From the IMG/VR virus record IMGVR_UViG_3300036770_003016: 64,000 bases of DNA; one strand, given 5' to 3'. Below are positions 20,085 to 29,895 of this stretch, one piece after another; the first letter of the stretch is position 1, and each line of letters starts with the position of its first letter. This DNA is from a virus. The position numbers and the translations under genes are program-made. The notes under the pieces are model-generated. The model did no database searches. It was not told the DNA's origin and worked only from the letters and a program-made list of their open reading frames with translations.

Positions 20085-21098
20085 TTAATTATAAACCATA
20101 CTTCTAGTTGTTTCTGAATGTAAAGCAGCTGTTTTTGATCCATGAGATGCTCCAGTTCTATCATAATTGTTAGTTTCTCGAAATAATAATGTACTAGTAT
20201 TTGTCCATGATATGCCATCATATTCTTCTACAATATTTGACCCCCAAGTAACTTCAACATATGTAATACTTCCATAAATAATAGTTTGATCTATATTTAA
20301 AGAACACGCATTTGCTTCTACTCGAGCTCGATTGGTATTAGTGCTAGTTGACCATGATGTACCATTGTATTCTTCTGTTGAGTATGTAAGATAAGGTGCA
20401 TTACTAAAAGTACCACCAATAGCTAATGCTGCATCTTGACTACCAGCAGCAGAAGGTACATTTCTACCTGTAACTAAATTACCACCAGCTGACCATGATG
20501 TGCCATTATATTCTTCTGTTGTTGAGGTTACTCCAGCATTACCAAAAGTTAATGCTGCATCTTGAGTGCCAGTAGCATCATTCCTAAACCTATTTGTAAT
20601 TAAATTACCACCAGCTGACCATGATGTACCATTGTATTCTTCTGTTGAGTTTAATGTATTACTATTAACATCCCAACCACCAATAGCTAATGCTGCGTTT
20701 GGACCACCAGTTCCAGCGAAATATATTCTAGATGTAATTATGTTACCCTCAGCTGACCATGTTATACCATTATATTCTTCTGTTGTGTTTGTATAGTCCC
20801 AAACAATCCGACCACTAAAAGCTAGTGCTGCATTTTGAGTGCCAGAACCACGATGAGTATTCCTACTACTGATCATATTGGATATATAAGTCCAAATTTT
20901 AGTTTGTGGAACTATTGTACGAATATGATATCCATCGAAATAGAGTTCTATAAACTTTAATTTGTTTTCAGTTGTGTTATACCATATTAAAGCATTGTTG
21001 CTTGAATTTGGTTCATAATCAGTAGACCTTTTAACTAAAGGAATACCAACAGGACCATTACCATAAATACTGTTTGCAAATTTTCTAGCTTTAGACAT
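20085..21098 (-). CDS. Kelch-like beta-propeller protein C (terminal blades degenerate)
   Basis: Four clear and two divergent repeats. Confidence 0.8.
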   Translation of the reverse strand: MSKARKFANSIYGNGPVGIPLVKRSTDYEPNSSNNALIWYNTTENKLKFIELYFDGYHIRTIVPQTKIWTYISNMISSRNTHRGSGTQNAALAFSGRIVWDYTNTTEEYNGITWSAEGNIITSRIYFAGTGGPNAALAIGGWDVNSNTLNSTEEYNGTSWSAGGNLITNRFRNDATGTQDAALTFGNAGVTSTTEEYNGTSWSAGGNLVTGRNVPSAAGSQDAALAIGGTFSNAPYLTYSTEEYNGTSWSTSTNTNRARVEANACSLNIDQTIIYGSITYVEVTWGSNIVEEYDGISWTNTSTLLFRETNNYDRTGASHGSKTAALHSETTRSMVYN

Positions 21099-21109
21099 TT
21101 TTTTATTTA

Positions 21110-23416
21110 CTATAAAATAGGAAGATATCTTACGACAATTTCAGCTTGAGCGCTTGGAGCTTCTACAAACACTAAACTAGTACCGCTTACAGTATAATCT
21201 TCAGTTGGTTCAAAACAAAGACCATTCACAAATACTAAAATATTATCAACATTTCTTCCAGATTCCCATAATGAAAAAGAAGTTGTAGTACCATTACCAG
21301 TAAATTTTTGTCTTGAATATGATAATGTAACTGATGTTGCAACAGAAATTGTACCAGATGCTAAATCTGTTAATGTCGTATTAGCTGTACCTGTAACATC
21401 TCCAGTAAGTGTAACTGTTATGACTGGATCAGGTTTATTGGTCATATTGGCCCAATCAAGGTCTACACTACCTCCAATTGGTCCCCATTCTGTACCATTA
21501 TGTCCTTCAAATCCTTTTGTTTGTGGATTATATCTGAACATTCCTTCTGAACCGTATGTGTCTAAAATAGAATAATCAAATGTTGTTGACTCACTTTGAT
21601 AAATTGTTATGATATAATTAGTTGCTGGTTGATTCGTCACAACAGTTAATGCTGCATCTGATGGAGTATTGTATAGTTCTGTAAGTTCTGGTGGAATTCT
21701 AAATTCTAAAGCATCAAAGAAACCTAGATAATTATCAATTTTTTCTACAAATTCTAATTGTATTGTTGTTGGAGAACTTCTATTCTGTAAAAAACTTGGA
21801 TATTGACTAGAATAATAGACAGTAGGGATAGTAATATCATACAGCTCACCAGGCACTAAATCGTCAAATGATTTGGTTGTTGTGAAAGTGCCAGTTGGTG
21901 CATATATCCACATTCTTGAAGTTCTATCTGTAACACCAATTTGAGGATACAGAGTGTCCATATTTAAAACTATATTAATACATTCATCATTTGTAGTTGC
22001 AGTTCCATTAGCTTCAACTACAGATGTATTAAGATTCATTTCAAATGGTTCAGTTGTTTCAGATGGAACTATTTGATTAAATTTTAAATATGTTGGATTA
22101 GTCGAAGAAACTGTTATTCCTCCGTCAACAATAATTTCTGGAGTGGCATATAACTGAGTGTTTATTGGTGTGATAACATTGTCTACAATAACAATATCGG
22201 TCAATACCAATGAAGTACCAAAAATGTTTTCACCAAAAATATCTTTAACAGATATGTCAGAGTTAATGTTTAATAAAGGAGTAACAACTTCTATTTCAGT
22301 AGGTACCAACTCTTTTATAGTTGTTAGACTTTTATTATATTCTTCTGTTGAGGATACATAACTAGTGTTATATCTATCACCACCAAAAGCTAATGCTGCA
22401 TCTTGAGTACCAGCACCAGCATGCCAGGCTCTACCTGCAATTAAATAACCACCATATGACCATGATGTACCATCGTATTCTTCTGTTGAGGAAAAATATG
22501 TATAATTAGCAATACCACCAAAAGCTAATCCTGCATTTTGAGTACCAGCACCAGCATGACTTGATCTAGCTGTACTTAAACTACCACCAGCTGACCATGA
22601 TGTACCATCGTATTCTTCTGTTGAAGATAGATAATTGTCAACACTATACCCACCAAAAGCTAATCCTGCATCTTGAGTACCAGCACCAGCATGATTTGAT
22701 CTAGCTGTAATTAAATTACCACCAGATGACCATGATGTACCATTGTATTCTTCTGTTGAGGATAGATAAGTGTTATTCCCACCAAAAGTTAATCCTGCAT
22801 CTTGAGTACCAGCACCAGCATTCCAGCCTCTAGCTGTAATTAAATTACCACCAGCTGACCATGATGTACCATCATATTCTTCTGTTGAGAATTGAAAACC
22901 ACCATCAGTTTGGCCACCAATAGCTAATCCTGCATCTTGAGTACCAGCACTAGCTAAATCATCTTTAGCTTGAATTAAATTACCACCAGCTGACCATGAT
23001 GTACCATTGTATTCTTCTGTTGAGGATAGATAATCACTAGATTGACCACCAAAAGCTAATGCTGCATCTTGAGTACCAGCACCAGCATGAAACATTCTAC
23101 CTGTAATTAAATCACCACCAACTGACCATGCTGCAATTAATACTTGTACATCAGTTTCTACATCTTGAATTTCTGTAGAAACTGATTGATCTGCCAAAAG
23201 ATTTATCTCTTCAAAGTAAATTCCATTTTTCAAATATATGTTGTACCAAGAGTTAGTTGATAGACCTATGTCATATACACCATCAATTGCTGGAACAACA
23301 TCTTCCATTATTTGAGAAAGGTCAGCTTGGCCACCTTCTGCCGAAACGCCAGAGTACCCAGAATAACCTGATACTCCAACATAAGTGCTGCCTAAAAAAT
23401 TACTTAATCTGATCAT
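21110..23416 (-). CDS. Virion fibre protein containing six-bladed Kelch-like propeller D
   Basis: Short SGYSG N-terminus, six blades, then fibre-type modules (FRYN....FEG.NG.EWG, GDVTG, FTGNG.TT.F...VFVNG...P..DYTVSG). Confidence 0.8.
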   Translation of the reverse strand: MIRLSNFLGSTYVGVSGYSGYSGVSAEGGQADLSQIMEDVVPAIDGVYDIGLSTNSWYNIYLKNGIYFEEINLLADQSVSTEIQDVETDVQVLIAAWSVGGDLITGRMFHAGAGTQDAALAFGGQSSDYLSSTEEYNGTSWSAGGNLIQAKDDLASAGTQDAGLAIGGQTDGGFQFSTEEYDGTSWSAGGNLITARGWNAGAGTQDAGLTFGGNNTYLSSTEEYNGTSWSSGGNLITARSNHAGAGTQDAGLAFGGYSVDNYLSSTEEYDGTSWSAGGSLSTARSSHAGAGTQNAGLAFGGIANYTYFSSTEEYDGTSWSYGGYLIAGRAWHAGAGTQDAALAFGGDRYNTSYVSSTEEYNKSLTTIKELVPTEIEVVTPLLNINSDISVKDIFGENIFGTSLVLTDIVIVDNVITPINTQLYATPEIIVDGGITVSSTNPTYLKFNQIVPSETTEPFEMNLNTSVVEANGTATTNDECINIVLNMDTLYPQIGVTDRTSRMWIYAPTGTFTTTKSFDDLVPGELYDITIPTVYYSSQYPSFLQNRSSPTTIQLEFVEKIDNYLGFFDALEFRIPPELTELYNTPSDAALTVVTNQPATNYIITIYQSESTTFDYSILDTYGSEGMFRYNPQTKGFEGHNGTEWGPIGGSVDLDWANMTNKPDPVITVTLTGDVTGTANTTLTDLASGTISVATSVTLSYSRQKFTGNGTTTSFSLWESGRNVDNILVFVNGLCFEPTEDYTVSGTSLVFVEAPSAQAEIVVRYLPIL

Positions 23417-23460
23417 TTATAAACCCTCGGTGCTTTTTATATTTTTTTTAATGTTTTTGA

Positions 23461-23904
23461 TTATAAAGTCGGCCATACTATGTTAGATGGATCATTTTGA
23501 TTTGTCACATCTCGTAAGTTTTGTATATAGACATCTATCTTATTTATCTCTTCTGGACTGTCATCTGTTGGTATTCCCAATCTAATTTGAGACTGATATC
23601 TAAATAATCTCCATTCAACTTCTTTTATCTTTTCGTCTCTTTTGAATCTTATCGTTTGCCATTCTCTTTCAACTATTTCTGCTATCTCTTCTTCTGAGAA
23701 ATCTACAATTTGCCAAGTTGTACCTGACCATACAAGTCTTTGTCTTTCATTATGAATTGGTGGGTCTTCAGCTAAAACATAACCAGCATTAGCAATTTCT
23801 TCTTCTGTGAAAGTGTTTTTTTCTGTACGAGTCAAACCATTAGACAATCTAATCCTGTCTGGTAAAGAACTTGGATAACCACCTTTATAACTATATAAAC
23901 TCAT
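23461..23904 (-). CDS. Tail fibre assembly chaperone-like protein
   Basis: W..IR.KRD..I...W...Y.Q.LRD...Q.DP.NI.WP pattern. Confidence 0.75.
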   Translation of the reverse strand: MSLYSYKGGYPSSLPDRIRLSNGLTRTEKNTFTEEEIANAGYVLAEDPPIHNERQRLVWSGTTWQIVDFSEEEIAEIVEREWQTIRFKRDEKIKEVEWRLFRYQSQIRLGIPTDDSPEEINKIDVYIQNLRDVTNQNDPSNIVWPTL

Positions 23905-23918
23905 TTTTTAAAACTCCT

Positions 23919-25661
23919 TTAATAACCAGTGCCTGACATATAACTACCAGCATATATCGTCCATGATGTTCCAGTTGAATTGCCAACAAATACATAACTT
24001 TGGTTTGCAGTCAAAGTAAATGATGCGTAAGCTGTATTTGTTGAGGCTATCATTCTTTGGCCAGTTGTTCGATTATGATTTCCAACTAAAATTTCTACAA
24101 CAGGAACATTTCCAGTTGAAGTTTTATTAAAAAATGTAGCTTCATATACAATTCCTGGCGAACCTACTGTACCACTAGTACTTGCATTTCCTTCGTATCT
24201 TATACGGGTATAATTTGTTCCAGAAGAAATAGTTGATACCCTTTGATATGAATTGTCAGCAGCTCCAATATGTATTTTATTAAAAGGTGGATTAGTTGCA
24301 CTTAAACTGCTGTATGCAGTTGAACCAGAACCAAAAGTTAAATATGTATTTGAACCAACAAAAACAGTTGTATAATTAGTAGAATTGATAGTGAATGTTG
24401 GTATAGTTACGGATATATTCGCATCATCAGAAGAAGAGTTTTGTAATCCTGTCCAACCTGATCCAGGATATGAAGCTCCACCAGCACCTAATGTTGGCGC
24501 TTTTGTTCCAGATACTCTTGTGTATGATGACCCAGCTGGAGTTTGTGATGTATCATTGATAGTTACTGAACTTGAAGTTGCTATTATGGTTCCACTAATG
24601 CTGTTAGCTCTTAAACGAAATTGAAAAGATTCTGCTGCACTTTCAGTAGTTAAATCTGAATTTAATGTAAATGTTACTGAGCCAGCACTACCGGATATAG
24701 CAACACTACCTCCACTAGTAGCATTAGCAGGTGAACTAAAATCAGCAGCAGTAACAGAACCAGAAGTAATCATTTCCCAATATAATGTTCCACTAGAAAA
24801 ATTACCACTAGTAATGCTTATATTAAATGTGACAGAACTACCTTCATTAACTGAACTTGTAGTTGGAGTAACAGTAGCTGTAATTGGAGTAGAACTATCC
24901 GTAATAGTTAAAGAAGCACTACCTAAATTGAAACCATTATAACTGACTTGAACATTTAAAGTTTCTGTACCTTCAGTAGTAACATCTGCAATTGTTGTAT
25001 AAGTAACATTTGTAGTTCCAGGACCTATATCAATCAAACTAGGTAAAGATGTAAAATCCGAAGCATTTGCTGTAGAACCAGTATATGAAAGGCTAGCAGC
25101 TGCATCGGTAAAAATAGAAGATAATGAACCTACATTTCCAATCGTAATCTGTAGAGTGCTTGATGAAGAATTTTCATTTATTGTAGAAGATGTTAAAGTT
25201 ACAGAACTAGTACAAGCAGGGATGTTGTAGGTTCCAGAAGTGTATACAACTGGACCACTAGTGCTACCTGTTCTAATTTCAATTTGAAATGTTTTAGTTG
25301 TTTTTGATGTATTTCCTATAAATTTTGTAGCTACGTAAAAAGAACCAGTTTGTGTAGCACTAAACACAGTAAAACTTCCAGAAGTAACACCACTTGCAAA
25401 ATCAGCTGAACTTGAATTTGAATGTAATATTGTATAATATAATGTTGTGTTTGTTAAAATACCTTCAGTTGTTAAAGTTATTACTTGTGATGTATATTCT
25501 AAAATTGTTCCGCTGTTAAGTGATAATGACAAATATTTAATTGTTTGTGGCCAAAGATTAGATTTTTTTGCATTGTAAGCATCAAACCTATCGTAAACAC
25601 CTGGTGCTTCTGCTAAAGAAGTTTCTCTTTTTACACCAATTAAACCAGTATTTCTTCTCAT
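23919..25661 (-). CDS. Ser/Thr-rich virion protein with Ig/Calx-beta-like repeats
   Basis: Repeated V.EG.SVTF.I...TLY......ADF......D.TTE..E.F...R.GS.SG units; N-terminal GLIG motif. Confidence 0.65.
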   Translation of the reverse strand: MRRNTGLIGVKRETSLAEAPGVYDRFDAYNAKKSNLWPQTIKYLSLSLNSGTILEYTSQVITLTTEGILTNTTLYYTILHSNSSSADFASGVTSGSFTVFSATQTGSFYVATKFIGNTSKTTKTFQIEIRTGSTSGPVVYTSGTYNIPACTSSVTLTSSTINENSSSSTLQITIGNVGSLSSIFTDAAASLSYTGSTANASDFTSLPSLIDIGPGTTNVTYTTIADVTTEGTETLNVQVSYNGFNLGSASLTITDSSTPITATVTPTTSSVNEGSSVTFNISITSGNFSSGTLYWEMITSGSVTAADFSSPANATSGGSVAISGSAGSVTFTLNSDLTTESAAESFQFRLRANSISGTIIATSSSVTINDTSQTPAGSSYTRVSGTKAPTLGAGGASYPGSGWTGLQNSSSDDANISVTIPTFTINSTNYTTVFVGSNTYLTFGSGSTAYSSLSATNPPFNKIHIGAADNSYQRVSTISSGTNYTRIRYEGNASTSGTVGSPGIVYEATFFNKTSTGNVPVVEILVGNHNRTTGQRMIASTNTAYASFTLTANQSYVFVGNSTGTSWTIYAGSYMSGTGY

Positions 25662-26839
25662 AGGAATGTCAATTCTGCTAATCTGTTATAACTAGTGCCA
25701 TTAAAACTTGTAAACTGTCCGCCAACATAAAATGTTTTGGTTGTTCCTGGTTTTAAAACTAATGTAGCAACAGCGTTATTAAAACCAGTTCCTATATTAA
25801 AGTTCGTATCTAAAGTACCATCAGAGTTCAATCTAAATAATCTTCCGTGAGTAATACCATTAAAAGCACCAAAATAACCATAAACTAATATTTTATTATC
25901 AGGTTGTATATGCACACCAGATACAGTTCCCCCGTCAGAACCTGTACCAATATTACTATTAAAAGTTGTATCTTCGACAAGAGTAGCACCTATTCTTCGG
26001 CTAAGACCTCTAGCATTTCCAGCAATAAAATTTCCAGTGAAATATATTTCAGTGCTTGATATTGTTAAAGAATTTACAATACTAGAATTGTATGTATAAG
26101 AAGTAACTGCACTACCATCATAATTTAATCTAACATTATAATTTCTAGTAATAGAATTAAATTGTGTGAAACTACCAACAACAATAAATTGACTGGAAGA
26201 TGTGCTTGTTATTTTAAAAACTGTACCATTAGCACCTCCACCAAAATTAAAAGTAGTTGTATCTCTTGTTCCATCACTATTTAATCCTGCTATTCTATTA
26301 GCACTCACTCCATTATAAAATTGAAAATCTCCACCAATCCATATTTTTCCAGTTGAATGTAAAAAAATAGTTTGAACTTGTCCTGTAGGTCCAATTCCAC
26401 CAGTATTAAAAGATGTGTCTAATGTGCCATCACTATTTAATCTTAAAAAACGAATCTGTTGGACGCCATTATAACCATTAAAATTTCCTCCAACTAATAT
26501 TTTACCATCAGGTTGCAAAACAATATCTGATACTACAGAATCAAAACCAGAACCGCCTGGATTAAAAGTAGTATCTACACTGCCATTAGGCAATAATCTA
26601 ACTATTCTATTTTGGGTGGTTCCTTTATAGGTATCAAAATTTCCTCCAACTAATAATTTACCATCAGGTTGTACAACTATTGTATTAACTATTGCTGTAC
26701 CACTTGTTAATGAAAAACCAGTACCAACATCTAATGTTGAAGATGAATTTAAAAATTTTAAATGTAAATCTCCAACACCAGTAAAACTATTTTTTTGGCC
26801 TGTTCCAATTAAACCACCATCTTTAGTATAAAACCCCAT
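25658..26839 (-). CDS. Delta-60 (DUF5122-like) beta-propeller repeat protein
   Basis: Repeated QPDGK.LVGG.F and RLNSDGTLDT.F. Confidence 0.85.
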   Translation of the reverse strand: MGFYTKDGGLIGTGQKNSFTGVGDLHLKFLNSSSTLDVGTGFSLTSGTAIVNTIVVQPDGKLLVGGNFDTYKGTTQNRIVRLLPNGSVDTTFNPGGSGFDSVVSDIVLQPDGKILVGGNFNGYNGVQQIRFLRLNSDGTLDTSFNTGGIGPTGQVQTIFLHSTGKIWIGGDFQFYNGVSANRIAGLNSDGTRDTTTFNFGGGANGTVFKITSTSSSQFIVVGSFTQFNSITRNYNVRLNYDGSAVTSYTYNSSIVNSLTISSTEIYFTGNFIAGNARGLSRRIGATLVEDTTFNSNIGTGSDGGTVSGVHIQPDNKILVYGYFGAFNGITHGRLFRLNSDGTLDTNFNIGTGFNNAVATLVLKPGTTKTFYVGGQFTSFNGTSYNRLAELTFL

Positions 26840-26845
26840 TTATTT

Positions 26846-27208
26846 TTAACTCAATTCTTCATAAGAACAAACTGCTTCTAAATCACCAGTAGCACTAGCT
26901 GTAAGTCTAATACTATCATTTTCTTCTAGATAAATTGATGTATCTTTAGAAATTAAAACTAAAGTAGAATCTGCTGGAACAGAAATCGTAAATGCTAGTC
27001 TAAATGAAGTAGCACCATTTTTCAAAACATCAGCAGTAATATCTGCTGGAGCACTTCCATCAACATTAGATATTGTAAGAGAATTAATTTTAAATACTTT
27101 ATTTGATCCAGAAGAGTTTGTAACAATTGCTTGAGCTGATGTTGTAACAGCTAAACCAACTGTCTTTCCTGTAATAGTTGCAACATTAAATATGTTTGGC
27201 GCTGCCAT
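26846..27208 (-). CDS. Small beta-sandwich adaptor-like virion protein
   Basis: 120 aa, MAAPNI.NV.TITGKT...IYLEE.DSIR; AAGGA SD. Confidence 0.65.
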   Translation of the reverse strand: MAAPNIFNVATITGKTVGLAVTTSAQAIVTNSSGSNKVFKINSLTISNVDGSAPADITADVLKNGATSFRLAFTISVPADSTLVLISKDTSIYLEENDSIRLTASATGDLEAVCSYEELS

Positions 27209-27222
27209 TTTTTATTTTTTCC

Positions 27223-29895
27223 TTATCCGAAAACGAGTGCCATTGTTATGGCTTTACCAACACTGGCTGATGCTGCTGAACCAGAATAACCAGAAATACC
27301 TGAGAAACCAGATATTCCAGTACCAGAATAACCAGACCATCCTGATCTACCAGAATAACCAGAAATGCCAGAATGACCAGAGATTCCTGAGTAACCAGAT
27401 ACCCCTAATCCAGAATACCCAGAAATTCCAGCACCAGAATAACCAGAGTAACCTGATGTTCCAGCACCAGAATAACCAGACCATCCTGATCTACCAGAAA
27501 AACCAGATATACCAGAAAAACCAGACAACCCTTCTCCAGAATAACCAGAGTAACCAGATGATCCAAGACCTCCAGTTCCTTCTCCAGAATAACCGGATAC
27601 ACCAGAAGAACCAGCTGAACTAATTATTTTCCAAGTACTTCCATTATATATCAATATTAAAAATATACCAGTTACATCCAATAGTAAATTTTCAGCTTCA
27701 TTTTCAATAGTAGAACCATTTCTATCTATTGTTAAATTATTGTTTGCCCAACTATCCCCATCAACAAGTTCTATATTATCATTTAAATTTGGAGTTAAAG
27801 GCAAAGATATAGTAAACGGACCACTACTTGTATCAGCTATTATTCTTTGTTTATGTGATGCTGTATAATTACTAGTTATACGATCCCAAGAAGAACCAAT
27901 TCCTGAGTAACCTGAAACTCCTTGAGATCCAATACTAGTAACTACTTGCCATGTTGTTCCATCATAAACAAAAACGACAGAAATACCCAATACATCCAAT
28001 AGTAAATTTTCAGCTTCATTTTCAATAGTAGAACCATTTCTATCTATTGTTAAATTATTAATGGCCCAACTAGAACCATCCATGATCTCAACATAATTCC
28101 CAATAGAAGGTGATAAAGGTAAAGTTATAGTAAACGAACTATTACTTGTATCTGCAATAATTTTTTCACCAGAAGATGCTACATAGTTTTCAGTTTTACG
28201 AATCCATGTCGAAGAACCTCCTGGTAAACCAGAATACCCAGAATACCCAGATAAACCAAAACCAGAATAACCTGAAAGTCCTGGTTCACCAGAGTAACCT
28301 GATTCACCAGAGTAACCTGAGAAACCTAATTCGCCAGAATATCCTGAGAAGCCAGATTCACCAGAATATCCTGAAAGTCCTGAATCACCAGAAAATCCTG
28401 AAATACCAGAGTAACCTGAGAATCCAGATTCACCAGAGAATCCTGAAAGTCCTGAATCACCAGAATAACCAGAAATTCCTGAGAAGCCAGATTCACCAGA
28501 GAATCCTGAAGTTGAGTTACCACTAAATCCAGAAAGTCCAGAAATACCTTGAGGGCCTTGTGTTGTAAGACCAATAGTAACATAATCTATTTCTACATTA
28601 ATATTAGCAAAACCCTCAGAATAATGATATATTCTTGTGTTGACATATCCATTATTAATATATGGTACATCACTAATTACATCAAATATATGTGAAGCAA
28701 AAACTAAATTTGTTCCTGTAAATGTACCTATTATATCCCAAGAAGAAGAGTTATTATTATAGATTTCAAAATAAATTATATGATTCGTGTGTGTATATTT
28801 TAATGCTAATTCTACTCTATTAAAATTAGCAACACCTGTAAAATCAATCTCGATAGAATAACCTGGAGATCCACTGACTTCAGAAACAACATAGTAATTG
28901 TCATCACCAAAAGTTTGAATGTCTGTTACATCACCTGAAACATATGTTCCTGTAACTGTTGTTATAGAATTAGCATCATAGAAAATTGAATCTGGTGCAA
29001 CACCACTAAAACCACTATAACCTGAAATACCTGATCCTGAATAACCTGAGAAACCTGAATCACCAGAAAATCCAGAAATACCAGAATATCCAGAAATTCC
29101 TGAGAACCCAGATTCACCAGAGTAACCTGAGAAGCCAGATTCACCAGAGAATCCTGAAAGTCCTGAATCACCAGAGAATCCTGAAATACCTGAGAAACCT
29201 GATTCACCAGAGTAACCTGATTCACCAGAGTAACCTGAAAGTCCTGAATAACCTGAAATACCAGAATAACCTGAGAAGCCAGATTCTCCAGAGTAACCTG
29301 AGAAACCAGATTCTCCAGAGTAACCTGATTCACCAGAGTAACCTGAGAAGCCAGATTCACCAGAGAATCCTGAAAGTCCTGAATCACCAGAGAATCCTGA
29401 AAGTCCTGAATAACCTGAAAGTCCTGAATCACCAGAATAACCAGACCATCCTGATCTACCAGAATAACCAGAAATGCCAGAATGACCAGAGATTCCTGAG
29501 TAACCAGAATAACCAGATGCGCCTGGTGATCCTTTAATTTGTCCTATAAGTACCCAAGAAGTTCCATCCCAATAATATAAGTTTCCTTCACTCTCAACAT
29601 AATAAACATCACCTTGCGTATTATCATTTTCAGGTAAATTAGAAAAATCGGATACTGAACCTTTAATTTCAATCGATGAACCTGGAGCTCCACTGTACCC
29701 AGATAGACCTTGTACATCCGCAGTATTTACCCATGTTCTAGTTCCATCTGTGTTTGCTGTTAAAACATAAGAATTTCCTTGAGGTAATCCTAAGTCTGGT
29801 TCAGCTTCACCTAAACTTAAAAATTCATATCTACTTGAAGATACATTAGATGAAGGTATCTTTTTTACTTTTCCGCTGTGTATTCTATTATTCAT
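27223..29895 (-). CDS. Collagen-like (Gly-X-Ser)n fibre protein 1
   Basis: Three long SG[YFIELD] blocks separated by globular domains, two of them duplicated (IIADTS...F.I.LP..P...NNLTIDRNGSTIE). Confidence 0.8.
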   Translation of the reverse strand: MNNRIHSGKVKKIPSSNVSSSRYEFLSLGEAEPDLGLPQGNSYVLTANTDGTRTWVNTADVQGLSGYSGAPGSSIEIKGSVSDFSNLPENDNTQGDVYYVESEGNLYYWDGTSWVLIGQIKGSPGASGYSGYSGISGHSGISGYSGRSGWSGYSGDSGLSGYSGLSGFSGDSGLSGFSGESGFSGYSGESGYSGESGFSGYSGESGFSGYSGISGYSGLSGYSGESGYSGESGFSGISGFSGDSGLSGFSGESGFSGYSGESGFSGISGYSGISGFSGDSGFSGYSGSGISGYSGFSGVAPDSIFYDANSITTVTGTYVSGDVTDIQTFGDDNYYVVSEVSGSPGYSIEIDFTGVANFNRVELALKYTHTNHIIYFEIYNNNSSSWDIIGTFTGTNLVFASHIFDVISDVPYINNGYVNTRIYHYSEGFANINVEIDYVTIGLTTQGPQGISGLSGFSGNSTSGFSGESGFSGISGYSGDSGLSGFSGESGFSGYSGISGFSGDSGLSGYSGESGFSGYSGELGFSGYSGESGYSGEPGLSGYSGFGLSGYSGYSGLPGGSSTWIRKTENYVASSGEKIIADTSNSSFTITLPLSPSIGNYVEIMDGSSWAINNLTIDRNGSTIENEAENLLLDVLGISVVFVYDGTTWQVVTSIGSQGVSGYSGIGSSWDRITSNYTASHKQRIIADTSSGPFTISLPLTPNLNDNIELVDGDSWANNNLTIDRNGSTIENEAENLLLDVTGIFLILIYNGSTWKIISSAGSSGVSGYSGEGTGGLGSSGYSGYSGEGLSGFSGISGFSGRSGWSGYSGAGTSGYSGYSGAGISGYSGLGVSGYSGISGHSGISGYSGRSGWSGYSGTGISGFSGISGYSGSAASASVGKAITMALVFG
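27322..29508. repeat. Exact internal direct repeats: 78 bp (27322-27399 = 29431-29508) and 69 bp (27673-27741 = 27991-28059)
   Basis: Read directly from sequence. Confidence 0.9.

Larger units (their letters stand above)
17711..23128 (-). repeat. Family of ~24 coding repeats (about 125-150 nt) in four blocks: 17711-18523, 18768-19579, 20088-20894, 22335-23128
   Basis: Plus-strand core TGACCATGATGTACCAT counted about 15 times exactly, generally followed by (T/C)(G/A)TATTCTTCTGTTGA. Confidence 0.95.

Noticed and set aside
17711-23128. CRISPR-like array (constant repeats with variable spacers)
   Set aside because: Repeats are in-frame protein-coding blades inside intact ORFs, period is about 125-150 nt, and there is no leader or cas gene
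17681-23416. Diversity-generating retroelement
   Set aside because: No reverse transcriptase or non-coding template repeat in the window; variation includes length changes and is not visibly adenine-restricted (an RT elsewhere in the genome cannot be excluded)
27192-29432. Overlapping ORFs rich in QNNQ or LVILD within fibre 1
   Set aside because: Alternate-frame shadows of the 9-nt-period SGX repeat; no SD
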